Source: Azolla caroliniana
Lineage: Eukaryota; Plantae; Polypodiophyta
Direction: 5' to 3'
Length of the DNA stretch: 64,000 nt
NCBI GenBank assembly: GCA_043228905.1
Contig: JBHGNT010000006.1
Span: 10,664,001-10,728,000, forward strand
Part shown: piece by piece, positions 45,145-57,839 of the stretch
How positions within the stretch are numbered: the first letter of the stretch is position 1
Layout: every line of letters begins with the position of its first letter
The notes under the pieces: generated by a model
The model's input: only the letters and a program-made list of their open reading frames with translations
Database searches by the model: none
Told to the model about the DNA's origin: nothing
Translations under genes and position numbers: made by a program

Positions 45145-48100
45145 GTACTAGCACTACTCCTGCTCGGCTCCCTCCCGGATAGTTGGGAGACGTTGGTTGT
45201 CGCTTTAGGCAACGCCGAGCTGGAAGGAAAATAGTTATCCCTAGCAAGAGTCAAGTCGAGCTTGCTCGATGATGAGGCGCATCGGACCGGACCGGAAGGG
45301 AACGACGACAATCACGGCAAGTGAAGAGGAGTTGATGCTCATCACCGAGGAGAGTGAGTTGAACCTTGCTAGCGATGAGACAACGTGGGTTGTCGATTCC
45401 GGACCGTCGTTCCACCTTACCTTGGACCAGAAATGCTTCTCATCCTACACAGCCGGTGAGCACGCTTGTGTCCGGATGGGGAATGAAGGTACATGCCGAA
45501 TTGTCGACATAGGAGACGTGTGGTTGACAACACCAACCGGATGCAAGCTGCTGCTGAAGGATGTTTGACACATTCCAGAGGTTCAACTGAACCTAATATC
45601 AGTCGTTCGGCTAGACGATGAAGGCTACACGGGTAACATCCGGAACGGAGTCATGAAGTTCAGCAAAGGGAGCCTAGTAGTGGCTCGGTCCCGGAAAGTC
45701 AACACTCTGTACCTAATGAATGCCTGGTTATGCCGGGAAGAAGTGAACATTGCATCCGACACTGTCGCTGAGCTGTGGTACAAGAGACTGTGTCACATGA
45801 GCGAGAAGGGGATGAAGAGGCTAGCCGAAGACAACCTCATTCCGGTGAAGGACGTGCATCTTGAGAAGTGCACCGACTGCCTAGCCGGTAAGCAAAATTG
45901 GACCTCCTTCCACTCAAGGCCACCGATGAGATGTAATGCACCACTGGAGCTGGTCCATACCGATGTATGTCAAGTGGACACGAAGTCACATGCCGGATCA
46001 CAGTACTTCGTGACGTTCATAGATGACCACAACCGGAAGCTGTGGGCCACACCGTTGAAGACGAAGGATCAGGTGCTATCCATCTTCAAGGAGCTCCATG
46101 CAAGAGTGGAAAGAGAAACCGGATGGAAGTTGAAGGCAGTTCGAGCAGATAACAGAGGAGAATACCGGGGGTAGTTTGAGGACTATTGCCGCTCGAAGGG
46201 AATCCGGCTCGAATTTACCGTGCCGAAGACGCTGAAACTCAATGGGTTGGCCGAGAGGATGAACCGGACCATAATGGAGAGGGTCCGGAGTCTGCTAGCA
46301 CATGCTAAGATACCCAAGACGTTTTTGGTTGAGGCGCTTACGACAGCGTCGTACGTGATAAACAAATCACCCTCAGTACCCTTGGACAAAGACACGCCGC
46401 AGAGAGTGTGGACCGGTAAGGAAGTGCCTTACTGGCATCTGAAGGTGTTCGGGTGTCTCGCTTACATGCATGTTACAAAGGACCGGAGAGCAAAGTTGAA
46501 TCCAAAGTCCCAACCTTGCATATTCCTCGGATACGATGATGATGAGTTCGGCTACCGAGTGTGGGATCCGGGCGACAAGAAGGTTTTCCGGAGTCAAGAT
46601 ATTATCTTCATGGAGGACAAGACCCTTGCCGACTGGGAATCGGAGAAGAAGATAATGAACTCCGAGTCGACCAGTAAGGATCGGTTCGATGAGATTCGGA
46701 CCTACCCGGCTAAGAGCCGGTTGACACTCGAAGAACCAGCCAGTTACGCTGAGGATACCGAACCGGCAGAAGAAGAAGAAGAAACCGGAACCGACCAAGA
46801 CCCTGAATCGGATTCGGATGAAGAACAAACAGAGGAGTCGGTTCTCGAAAGCCAAGGACACAGATATCCTCTTAGAGAGAGAAGGGCCCCCAGAGATTTC
46901 CGGTTGGAGAGCATGTGTTGCTAACCGATGAGGGGGAGCTAAAAAGCTTCGAAGAAGTGAGGGAGGACACCCATAGCCGCAAGTGGTTAAGTGCCATGCA
47001 GGACGAGATGTATTCCCTGCATGAGAACCACACGTATGAATTGGTGGAGTTGCCAAAAGGAAAGCGGGCACTTCGAAACAAGTGGGTGTACAAGCTAAAA
47101 CCGGGAGATGCCGGTAACCCCCTGAGATACAAAGACAGGATCGTGGTGAAGGGGTTCCAACAGAAGAAGGGTGTGGACTTCGACGAGATATTTGCCTCGG
47201 TAGTGAAGATGACTTCTATCCGGATGGTGCTGAGCATAGCGGCAAGCATGGACCTCGAGCTAGAGCAGTTAGACGTGAAGAAGGCATTCCTCCACGGCGA
47301 CCTCGAAGAGGAGATATACATGCAGCAACCGGAGGGATTTGTGAAGAAAGGGAAAGAGCACCTGGTTTGCCGGTTGAAGAAGAGCCTCTACAATTTGAGG
47401 CAGGCTCCCCGGCAATGGTATCGAAAGTTTGACTCCTTCATGACCAATCAAGGGTACCACAAGACGCACACCGATCACTGCGTATTTGTGAAGAAATTCA
47501 ACGGAGGAAACTTCCTAATATTGCTCCTGTATGTGGACGACATGTTGATCGTTGGACGAGACCGAGTCAAGATACGGACGCTGAAGAAGGCTCTGAACCG
47601 GAACTCCTCAATGAAAGACTTGGGTCCGGCAAGAGAAATACTGGGGATGCATATCATCCGGTACTGGTCAAAGAAGCAATTGTGGCTGTCACAAGAGAAG
47701 TACGTGACAAAGGTGCTTCAGCGGTTCAACATGTCAGATGTGAAACCGGTCGAATCGACACTCCCGGCAAACTACAGGTTATCCGATAAGCAAAGCCCAA
47801 AGACGAAGGCAGAGCCGGCGGATATGATGAAGATACCATATGCCTTTGTCATCGGGAGCTTAATGTACGCATTGGTGTGTACCCAACTGGATATCGGATA
47901 CGCAGTCGGAGTGGTGAGCCGGTTTATGAGCAATCCTGGCAAGGAGCACTAGAATGTGGTAAAACGGATACTCCGATACTTGAAAGGCACCTCAAGTATG
48001 TGTCTCAGATTCATCTCCGGTAAACCCCAACTTGACGGTTTCACCGACTCGGATATGTCGGCTGATGCGGATACTAGCCGTTCAACATCGGGATATGTTA

Positions 48101-48777
48101 TGACATATCCAGGGGGAGCTGTTTCGTGGCAGTCAAGGCTGCAGAAGATGGTTGCGTTCTCAACCATGGAGGCAGAGTACATGGCAGCCGTGGAAACCGG
48201 CAAGGAAATATTATGGATGAAGGACTTCATCGAAGAGCTAGGGATCCGGCAAGAGGAATACCGGCTCTACTGCATCAGCCAAAGTGTCATCCACCTTGCA
48301 AAGAATGCGGCATACCATTCCAGAATGAAGCACATCCAGCGCAGGTACCACTGGATCCGGGAGCGAGTAGAAGATCGAGAGTTCGTGCTGATGAAGATCC
48401 ACACGGTGGAGAACGGGTCGGATATGCTGACCAAGGTGTTGACACCCAACAAGTTGGACGCATGCCGGAAGCGGATCGAACTAACGAGGCATCCCATGCC
48501 GGAGTGAAGGGGGAGTTTGTTAGGATTTCGGTCCCTCCAGATGGGATATGATTAACCGGCAAGGAAGACCCGGTGAGAACCAAATGATGAGTACCCGGTG
48601 AGAACCTCTCACCGGATGAAGGGACATATATGTAAATATGTTTCTGTTAGCCCATTGTGGCTATATTTGTAAATAGCCCGAAAGTCATATTAGTATAAAT
48701 ATGACTTAGGGCAAACAAGTTTAGTGTTGTCGTTATTTTGTTGTATAGAGTCATTGAGAGTAACTGTTGTACAGAGT

Positions 48778-48817
<40 letters not shown>

Positions 48818-49102
48818 CAAAGCGAGTCTCTGTTGTAACCGCCGCCAGGCAAAGATTGTGAGCAAGAGGTTGTTGCCTCTATGTTCACCTGTTGTATTCC
48901 TCTCGACATAGTGATAGTTGGAGTTTGTGGACTCCCGTGGTTTTTCCCAGTTAGGGTTTTCCACGTAAACATATTGTGTACCCTCTCTCATACTGTCTGT
49001 GTGTACGTGTATTCACCTCTATTCCCATTCTTGGTGTTCAATTCAAAACGACACGATCTGGGACTCGGTTGTGTCCGAGTAATATTCTACATATTTCGCG
49101 TC
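45145..49102 (+). mobile_element. Decayed, 5'-truncated copia of the same family as 4072-9403; 3' LTR from 48518 to ~49102
   Basis: Pol fragments near-identical to 4711-8784 but with stops and frameshifts; PPT GAAGGGGGAG then TGTTAGG at 48518. Confidence 0.92.
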
Positions 49103-49328
49103 AGCAATCAGACGCGAAGTGCGATGCCATAACTGCCTTTTCGGATGACGTTCAGAACGTCAGTTCTAGATGCCAAGCAAAAGATCAAAGCTCACCTATG
49201 CCTCAGTTGTAGCAAAACCTTTTCCAAGGGATTCATATAATGTGTCTCCAACAAATACTCCAACCCCAATGGAAATCAACACCACACGTCGTCGTGGACC
49301 ATTATCGGAAGAGGAAAAGCAGCGACGT

Positions 49329-49961
49329 TGTCGCGTTATTACGCGTACGTGTAAGAAACGAAGGCGAGAACGCAGGGGTCCTGGACCGAGGAGCATGGGA
49401 AAAGGTGAAACTGAAACAAAGAGAGTGTGTCGAGCAAGCACAGAGCTCTACCAGGTCGGTCAAGTTCAAATCGATGGAAGAGACAAGAAGAAGAGAAAGA
49501 GACCCTCAATCGATTAAGATCATATTACAACCGGCTCTCCGGTAACTGAGCCATTACTCAGTCGACAACACACACACACACACACACACAAAGATGACAT
49601 ACAACGTGGAGCCTCTGTCGGGAGCACACGAGCTTCCTAAAAAAACAGAGGCGTCCAGCAAAAGAAAGAATGCAACAGCGATCGGTGCTCGGTCCCCAGC
49701 CCGCTCTTCCAAACGTGGTCAAAGAGGGAGGGGCCATCACATCACACAGTTACATCATAATTTATTCTCTACCGCTTAGAACAGAGATTCGTTTGACTGG
49801 TTCACGTATTAATTATCATATATTAAAGCTCTCCACTCCCGCCGACCTAGCCAGGTCTTAGTTTATGTACAAGTTTATTTACAATGTCCACGCATCCACA
49901 CATGCGGCTGTACACACGCCCGCACCCCCGTTTCACCTTGTAACCGGTTTTCCTCACGACA
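49329..49961 (-). mobile_element. Solo LTR with perfect 4-bp TSD ACGT
   Basis: TGTCGCG...CACGACA; ACGT at 49325-49328 and 49962-49965; removal restores the host gag frame. Confidence 0.88.
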
Positions 49962-50850
49962 ACGTCGAGCAAATCGATTATGTCTCTATTGCGGTTGACC
50001 AAGGCATATTGCGGTGAACTGTCCCATAGGCCAAGAAGACAAGTAAACCAAATAGTCGTTAGTTCTAATTGTACTAAACCCGAGTCTATTTCAGTAGGAA
50101 TATCTGATAGTACTAATAGTACTAATAGCCCAAGCCTTTTAAACAAATTTGAAATCCTTAGTCAACTAGAAGAAGAGTTAAACGATTAAGTCCAACCAAA
50201 ATAGGAGCCGTTTGGTTGGATAGCCCTAGATCTATGCAACCCATTAGTGGTTCCATTTCCTCTAAGTTAGCAATGTGTTCCTAGCTCAAGTCATGGTTAG
50301 TACTAAAAGTATTCCTCCAGTACATGTCTTAGCACTCTTAGATTCCGGAGCCAACTCTTGCTTTATGGATAGGAATTTTGCCCAAGCTCATTAGATATCC
50401 CTAAGAAAACTTTCTTGCCCAGCATCTGTAGTAGTTATTGATGGTCGTCCCATTGCTTCTGGAAAAATCGTAGAAGAGTCAGAGCCGGTTCAGGTTGTCC
50501 TAGATAACTTGGTGTGTGTAGTATCATTTAATATAATTCGTAGTCCAGACCATCCAATTGTCTTGGGGTTACCATCGTTCGAATTACATAACCCAGACAT
50601 AGATTGGAGAACAAGAGAAATCCGGGGATCTACTCATAGGATTGCAAACATTTTGCTACGTCAATTGCGTGAGGAAGGACGCAAGGAAGTAATGTTTGTC
50701 TTCGCAGTATCAGTAAAACCTTCTAACACCACTAAAGAGGAATCCACAGTTCAACTTCTAGAGAAGTATCGTCATTATGCCGATGTGTTCGATAAGATAC
50801 AAGCCAATACACTTCCTCACCACCGACCATATGATTGCCCCATTGATTTA

Positions 50851-53800
50851 TGATGGGAACCCAACGACCCTTATGCGCGACGCTCGGCCACAACCGAGCG
50901 TAGAATGATACACAGAAAACGGGAAATAAAACAGGACACAAAGGAGAGGAAGATACACACACACTACACAAGAGGTTTACGTGGAAAACCCCAAACTAGG
51001 GGGGAAAACCACGGCAGTCCACAGGCTGCAAACTGTCACTATGTAAGAATGTACAAAAACAGTGAGTCCACGGAGGCAACGACCTCGTGCTCACGATCTT
51101 CGCCACAGGTGGCGGTTACAACAGAGGCAACGACCTCGATCTCTCTCTCTCTCTCTCTTTGTACAGTTACGCACTCTAATTTCATGTAAAACAGAAAATG
51201 ACAACAACAACTAAAAGTTTGCCCTAAGTCATATTTACATTAATATGAATTTTCGGCTATTTACAAATATAGCCTCGATGGGCTCTCAGAAACATATTTA
51301 CGAATATGTCTCTTCCTCCGGTTCTGCACCATCCGGCTCTCCGTAGCCGGGTACTCCTCATCCGGTTCATACCGGGCGTGTATCATCCGGCTCTCCGTAG
51401 CCGAGTACTACTCATCCGGTTCATACCGGGCCTGTATCATCCGGCTCTCCGTAGCCGGGTACTCCTCATCCGGTTCACACCGGGCCTGTATCATCCGGCT
51501 CTCCGTAGCCGGGGAGTTTGTTCGTCGGCACTGTTCTTCTCCCTTCCCATCCGGAGGGACCTGTCTCCCAACAAACTCCCCCTTCACTCCGGCATGGGGT
51601 GTCTTACCAGTCCGATTCTCTTCCGGCATGCATCCAGCTTGTCGGGTGTCAGCACTTTGGTCAGCATATCTGACCCGTTCTCGGCCGTGTGGATCTTCGT
51701 CAGTGCGAACTCCTGGTCATCTACTCTTTCCTGGATCCAGTGATACCTCCGCTGGATATGCTTCGTCCGGGAATGGTAGGCCACATTTTTAGCAAGGTGG
51801 ATGGCACTTTGATTGTCACAATAGAGTCGGTATTCCTCTTGCCGTATACCGAGCTCTCCGATGAAGTCCTTCATCCAAAAAATTTCCTTGCCGGCTTCCA
51901 CAGCCGCCATGTACTCCGCCTCCGTGGTTGACAATGCAACCGTCTTCTGCAGCCTCGACTGCCACAAAACAGCTCCCCCTGCATATGTCATTACATACCC
52001 GGATGTAGATCGGCTGGTATCCACATCAGCCGACATGTCCGAATCGGTGAAACCGTCCAGTTGAGGTTTTCCGGAGCCGAATCGGAGACACATATTTGAA
52101 GTGCCCTTCAAATACCAGAGTATCCATTTGACTGCGTTCCAGTGCTCCTTGCCGGGATTACTCATGAACCGGCTCACCACTCCGACTACGTGTCCAATAT
52201 CCGGTCGGGTACAAACCATTGCGTACATCAAGCTCCCGACGGCAGAGGCATATGGAATCTTCATCATATCTGCCTTCTCTCCTTTCGTCTTCGGGCTTTG
52301 CTTGTCGGATAGCTTGCAGTTTGCCGAAAGTGTCGATCCGACCGGTTTCGCATCTGACATGTTGAACCGGTGAAGCACCTTTGTCACGTACTTCTCCTGT
52401 GACAGCCATAATTGCTTCACTGACCGGTCCCGAATGATGTGCATCCCCAGCATCTGTCTTGCCGGACCCAAGTCTTTCATTGAGAAGGTCCGGTTGAGAG
52501 CCTTCTTCAGCATCCGTATTTTGACTTGGTCCCGTCCGACGATCAACATGTCATCCACGTACAGGAGGAGTATCAGGAAGTCCCCTCCTTCGAACTTCTT
52601 CACAAACACGCAGTGATCGGTCTGCGTCTTGTGGTACCCTTGATCGGTCATGAAGGAGTCGAACTTCCGATACCATTGCCAGGGAGCCTGCTTCAATCCG
52701 TATAGGCTCTTCTTCAACCGGCATACCAGATGCCCCTTCCCTTTCTCCACAAATCCTTCCGGTTGCTGCATGTAGATCTCCTCTTCGAGGTCGCCGTGAA
52801 GGAATGCCGTCTTCACGTCCAGCTGCTCTACCTCGAGGTCCATGCTTGCTGCTATACTCAGCACCATACGGATGGAGGTCATCTCTACTACCGGGGCGAA
52901 TATCTCGTCGAAGTCCACGCCCTGCTTCTGCTGGAACCCCTTCACCACGATCCTGGCTTTGTATCTCGGGGGGTTGCCGACATCTCCCGGTTTCAACTTG
53001 TACACCCACTTGTTTCAGAGTGCCCGCTTTCCTTTCGGCAGCTCCACCAATTCGTACGTATGGTTCTCATACAGGGAATCCATCTCATCCTGCATGGCAC
53101 TTAACCATTTTCGGCTGTGGGTGTCTTCCTTCGCTTCTTCGAAGCTTTCCGGCTCCCCCTCATCGGTCAGCAGAACATGCTCTACATCTGGAAATCTCCG
53201 GGGCGCCCTTCTCTCTCTAAGAGGATATCTACGTCTTCGGGCTTCGATAACCGGCTCCTCCATTTGCTCTTCATCCGAATCCGATTCGGGGTCTTGACCG
53301 GTTCCGGTCTCAGCTTCCTCTACTTCTTCTTCTGCCGGTTCGGTATCCTCACCGTAACCGGCTGGTTCCTCGAGTGCTAACCGGTCTCTTGCCGGTTGGG
53401 TCTGCTCATCGTAGAGTCTATCCTTACCGGTCGACTCAGAGTTCATTATCTTCTTCTCCGACTCCCAGTCGGCGAGCGTCTTGTCCTCCATGAAGATAAT
53501 ATCTCGACTCCGGAATACCTTCTTGTCGACCGGGTCCCACACTTGGTAGCCGAACTCATCGTCACCGTAACCGAGGAATATGCATGGCTGGGTCTTTGGA
53601 TCTAACTTTCCTCTCCGGTCCTTTGCTACATGCACGTACGCGAGACACCCGAACACCCTCAGATGCCGGTAGGACACTTCCTTACCAGTCCATACTCTCT
53701 GCTGCGTGTCTCCGTCCAAGGGTACTGAGGGTGATCTGTTTATCACATATGTCGCCGTCGAAAGTGCCTCAGCCCAAAACTTCTTGGGTAGTTTTGCATG

Positions 53801-56379
53801 CGCTAGCATACTCCGGACCCTCTCCATTATGGTCCGGTTCATCCTCTCGGCCAGTCCGTTTAGTTCCGGTGTCTTCGGCACGGTAAATTCGAGCCGAATT
53901 CCCTTCGAGCGGCAGTACTCCTCGAACTGCCCCCGGTACTCCCCTCCGTTATCTGTTCGAACCGCCTTCAGCTTCCGGCCGGTTTCTCTTTCCACTCTCA
54001 CGTGGAGCTCTTTGAAGACGGATAACACCTGATCCTTTGTCTTCAACGGTGTGGCCCACAGCTTCCGGCTGTGGTCATCTATGAACGTCACAAAGTACTG
54101 CGCTCCGGCATGTGACTTTGTGTCTACTTGACACACATCCGTATGCACCAACTCCAGTGGTGCATTACGTCTCATCGGTGGCCTTGGTCGGAAGGAGGTC
54201 CGGTTCTGCTTACCGGCCAGACAATCAGTGCACGTTCTTCACTGGAATGAGGTTGTCGTCTGCAAGCCTCTTCATCCCCTTCTCACTCATGTGACACAGC
54301 CTCTTGTGCCACAGCTCACCGGCAGTGTCGGATGCCACGTTCACTTCTTCCAGGCATAACCGGGCATTCATCAGGTACAACGTGTTTACCTTCTGGGCCC
54401 GAGCCACAATCAGGCTCCCTTTGCTGAACTTCATGACACCGTTCCGGATGCTCCCCGTGTAGCCTTCATCATCTAGTCGACCGGCTGATATCAGGTTCAA
54501 ACGAACCTCCGGAACGTGTCTGACATACTTCAACTGCAACTTGCATCCGGTTGGTGTTGACAGCCACACGTCTCCTATGCCGATAATTCGGCATGTACCT
54601 TCATTCCCCATCCGGACACAGCCGTGGTCACCGGCTGAGTAGGATGAGAAGCATTTCCGGTCTGGGGTAAGGTGGAACAACGCTCTAGAGTCTACCACCC
54701 AGGTCATCTCGTCGCCGGCAAGGTTTATCTCACTCTCCTCGGTGATGAGCATCAACTCTTCTTCACTTGCCGCGATTGCAGTCGTTCCCTTCCGGTCCGT
54801 CCCCTTCCGGTCTTTACCATTCCGGTCCGGGGTTTGCTTCGAATCGGTACCGTCGGTTTCTTTGTCTTTACGGAAATGCCGACAGTTCTTTTGGAAGTGT
54901 CCCGGCTTGCCGCAATAGAAGCAAGTAGGCCTCCCCCTTGACTTTGACCGTGTCCCTGACTTCTCCTGGTTCTGGGGACTACGGTTTCTATGTCTTCCGC
55001 GTTCCGATTCGGTAAGAAGCGCTTTGGAGTCGGAGCTCGTATCTTTGTCTTTCCGACGCGCCTCCTCATCTAGCAAGCTCGACTTTACTCTTGCTAGGGA
55101 TAACCGTTTTCCTTCCGGCCCGGCGTTGCCCAAAAGTGACAACCAACGTCTCCCAGCTATCCGGGAGGGAACCGAGCAGGAGTAGCGCTAATACTTCATC
55201 GGCAAGAGGTACTTCCAATGACGTTGCCTGGTGTATCAGCCCCTGGAAGGCATTCATATGCTCCGCCATGCTGGAGCCATCTTGGTACCGGAGTCTTACT
55301 AGCTTCCGGAATACCGAAACCTGATTAACAGCATTTTTGTTTTGGAACATTATGCCGATCTTCTCCCAGAGCTCATGAGCCTTGCTCTCTTCATTGAAGT
55401 TGTTGTACAGGCTCATGTCGATGAAGCACCGTATGTACGTCGTTATCTTCATGTGCATCACCTCCCATATCGCGGCGTCGATTTTGTCCGGTCTCTTGTC
55501 CCCGAACTGAACCGGCAGCCAGAGGTCTTTAACAACGAGCATGTCCCTCATCTTCGACTTCCATACTGAATAGTTGGAGCCGGTGAGCTTGAACATGCCG
55601 CCAAATGATTCGTCCATTTTCTGTGTCGATTTCGCTCTGATACCACTTGACGAGAACCCAACGACCCTTATGCGCGACGCTTGGCCACAACCGAGCATAG
55701 AATGATACAGAGAAAACGGGAAATAAAATAGGACACAAAGGAGAGGAAGATACACACACACTACATAGGAGGTTTACGTGGAAAACCCCAAACTAGGGGG
55801 AAAAACCACGGCAGTCCACAGGCTGCAAACTGTCCACGGCAGTCCACAGGCTGCAATGACCTCGTGCTCACGATCTTCGCCACAGGCGGCGGTTACAACA
55901 GAGGCAACGACCTCGATCTCTCTCTCTCTCTCTCTCTCTCTGTACAGTTACGCACTCTAATTTCGTGTAAAACAGAAAATGACAACAACTAAAAGTTTGC
56001 CCTAAGTCATATTTATACTAATATGACTTTTCGGCTATTTACAAATATAGCCTCGATGGGCTCTCAGAAACATATTTACGAATATGTCTCTTCCTCCGGT
56101 TCTGCACCATCCGGCTCTCCGTAGCCGGGTACTCCTCATCTGGTTCATACCGGGCCTGTATCATCCGGCTCTCCGTAGCCGAGTACTACTCATCCGGTTC
56201 ATACCAAGCATGTATCATCCGGCTCTCCGTAGCCGGGTACTCCTCATCCGGTTCACACCGGGCCTGTATCATCCGGCTCTCCGTAGCCGGGTACTCCTCA
56301 TACCGTTTCGGCCTCGGCCGAGTTTGTTCGTCGGCACTGTTCTTCTCCCTTCCCATCAGGAGGGACCTGTCTCCCAACA
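50851..56379 (-). mobile_element. Full-length but mutated copia element (same pol family as 4072-9403)
   Basis: LTRs 55648-56379 (5') and 50851-51573 (3'); TSD ATTTA; PBS (iMet) 55634-55645; PPT 51576-51585; gag-pol broken by frameshifts near 55130 and 54240 and a CGA>TGA stop near 53015. Confidence 0.96.
51330..51512. repeat. 54-bp tandem repeat (3.4 copies) in the LTR; matching array at 56108-56300
   Basis: Unit CATCCGGCTCTCCGTAGCCGGGTACTCCTCATCCGGTTCATACCGGGCCTGTAT. Confidence 0.9.
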
Positions 56380-57664
56380 ATTTAGAACCGGGAAAAGAGC
56401 CACCTTGGGGCCCGATCTACAACTTGTCACCAACCGAGGTAGAAGTCCTTTGAGCCTATATAGAGGAGAATTTGGCATTCGACATTTGAAATCTCCAGCC
56501 GGCGCACCCATTTTCTTTGTCAAGAAAAAGGATGAATCACTTTGTCTCGTTGTAGATTACCGTGGCGTGAATAAGGTCACCATCAGGAATAGGTATGCAC
56601 TCCCCCTTATCTCAAGTCTTTTAGAACATATCAATGGTGTAAGGTTCTTCACAAAGATCGACTTACGATGAGCATATAACCTCGTACGGATCCGACCAGG
56701 AGATGAATGGAAGACCACGTTTCGCACCAGATATGGGCACTTCGAGTATATGGTCATGCCATTAGGTCTCACTAATGCACCAGTAGTCTTCCAGCACATG
56801 GCAAATGATATATTCCGAGATCTCTTGGATGTTTTTTTGATCATCTATTTGGATGATCTACTGGTTTATTCGAAGACCCAAGAAGAGCATGATTCTCATG
56901 TATTGTTAGTACTAAAACGGCTTCGAGAACATGGTCTTTATGCAAAACTAGAAAAATGTAATTTCGAGAGCAACTAGGTGGAATTTATGGGTTATGTCAT
57001 CCCCTCAGAAGGCATCTCTATGGATTCAGCTAAAGTCAAAACTGTGATAGAGTGGCAGACTCCATGTTCGTTGCGAGATGTGCAATACTTTTTATGCTTT
57101 GCCAATTTTTACCGCAAGTTTATATAGGATTACTCAAAGCTTATTCTGCCTCTTACACAACTTACCAAGAAGGGGCAATCATTTGTTTGGTCTAAAGAAG
57201 CGGACATGGCTTTTGAGAGTCTTAAGAAGGCATTCACATCAGCTCCTATTCTAGCTCATGTTGATCCGGCAAAACCTTTCATCATTGAGGCAGACGCGTC
57301 GGATTTCGCCTTGGGTATCATTCTTTCACAACAAGGCGATGATGAAAAGCTTCATCCTATGGCTTTCCACTCATGCAAGTTTGACGCTGCCGAAATTAAC
57401 TATGAAATTCACGATAAAGAGCTATTAGCAATGGTGGACTCTTTTATGCAATGGAGACATTTTCTAGAGGGATCTTCTCATCAAGTCATCGTATTCAGTG
57501 ATCACAAAAATCTTGCCTACTTCCAGAATGCTCGCGTATTAAATCGACGTCAAGTTCGATGGGCCCAATTCCTCACTCGTTTCGACTTTAAAGTTACATA
57601 TCGTCCTAGGAAGCAGCAAGGGAAGGTAGATGCATTATCGCGGCACTCGTATGTAGCACCGCAT

Positions 57665-57839
57665 TGTCGTGAAGATTTTCGGCAATGGTGTGAAAATTGC
57701 GAGGAACATACAAATCGAGTGTGGTTCTTCACACACGATACGAAACAATAATAGTAAAGATACTATTTTAGATTAGTTTAATATCTTGGTATGAAAAGAT
57801 GGATGTCTTCAAGAGCTTCTGAATGTACTTTACTACATT
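57665..57839 (+). repeat. Fragment of a TGTCGTG-type LTR
   Basis: Begins TGTCGTGAAGA where Tcn1 homology ends; contains GTGTGGTTCTTCACACACGATA similar to the reverse complement of the 25252 end. Confidence 0.45.

Larger units (their letters stand above)
49103..57664 (+). mobile_element. Decayed Tcn1-like chromovirus gypsy, interrupted by the solo LTR at 49329-49961 and the copia at 50851-56379
   Basis: EEKQRR|RANRLCLYCG*PRHIAVNCP; ALLDSGANSCFMD; TLPHHRPYDCPIDL|[18 protein letters not shown]; [14 protein letters not shown]; [10 protein letters not shown]; NYEIHDKELLAMV; SDHKNLAYFQ. Confidence 0.88.

Noticed and set aside
51306-51743. ORFs with 18-aa repeats ([18 protein letters not shown]), also at 56084..56671
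   Set aside because: Translation of the 54-bp LTR tandem repeat, not a repeat protein
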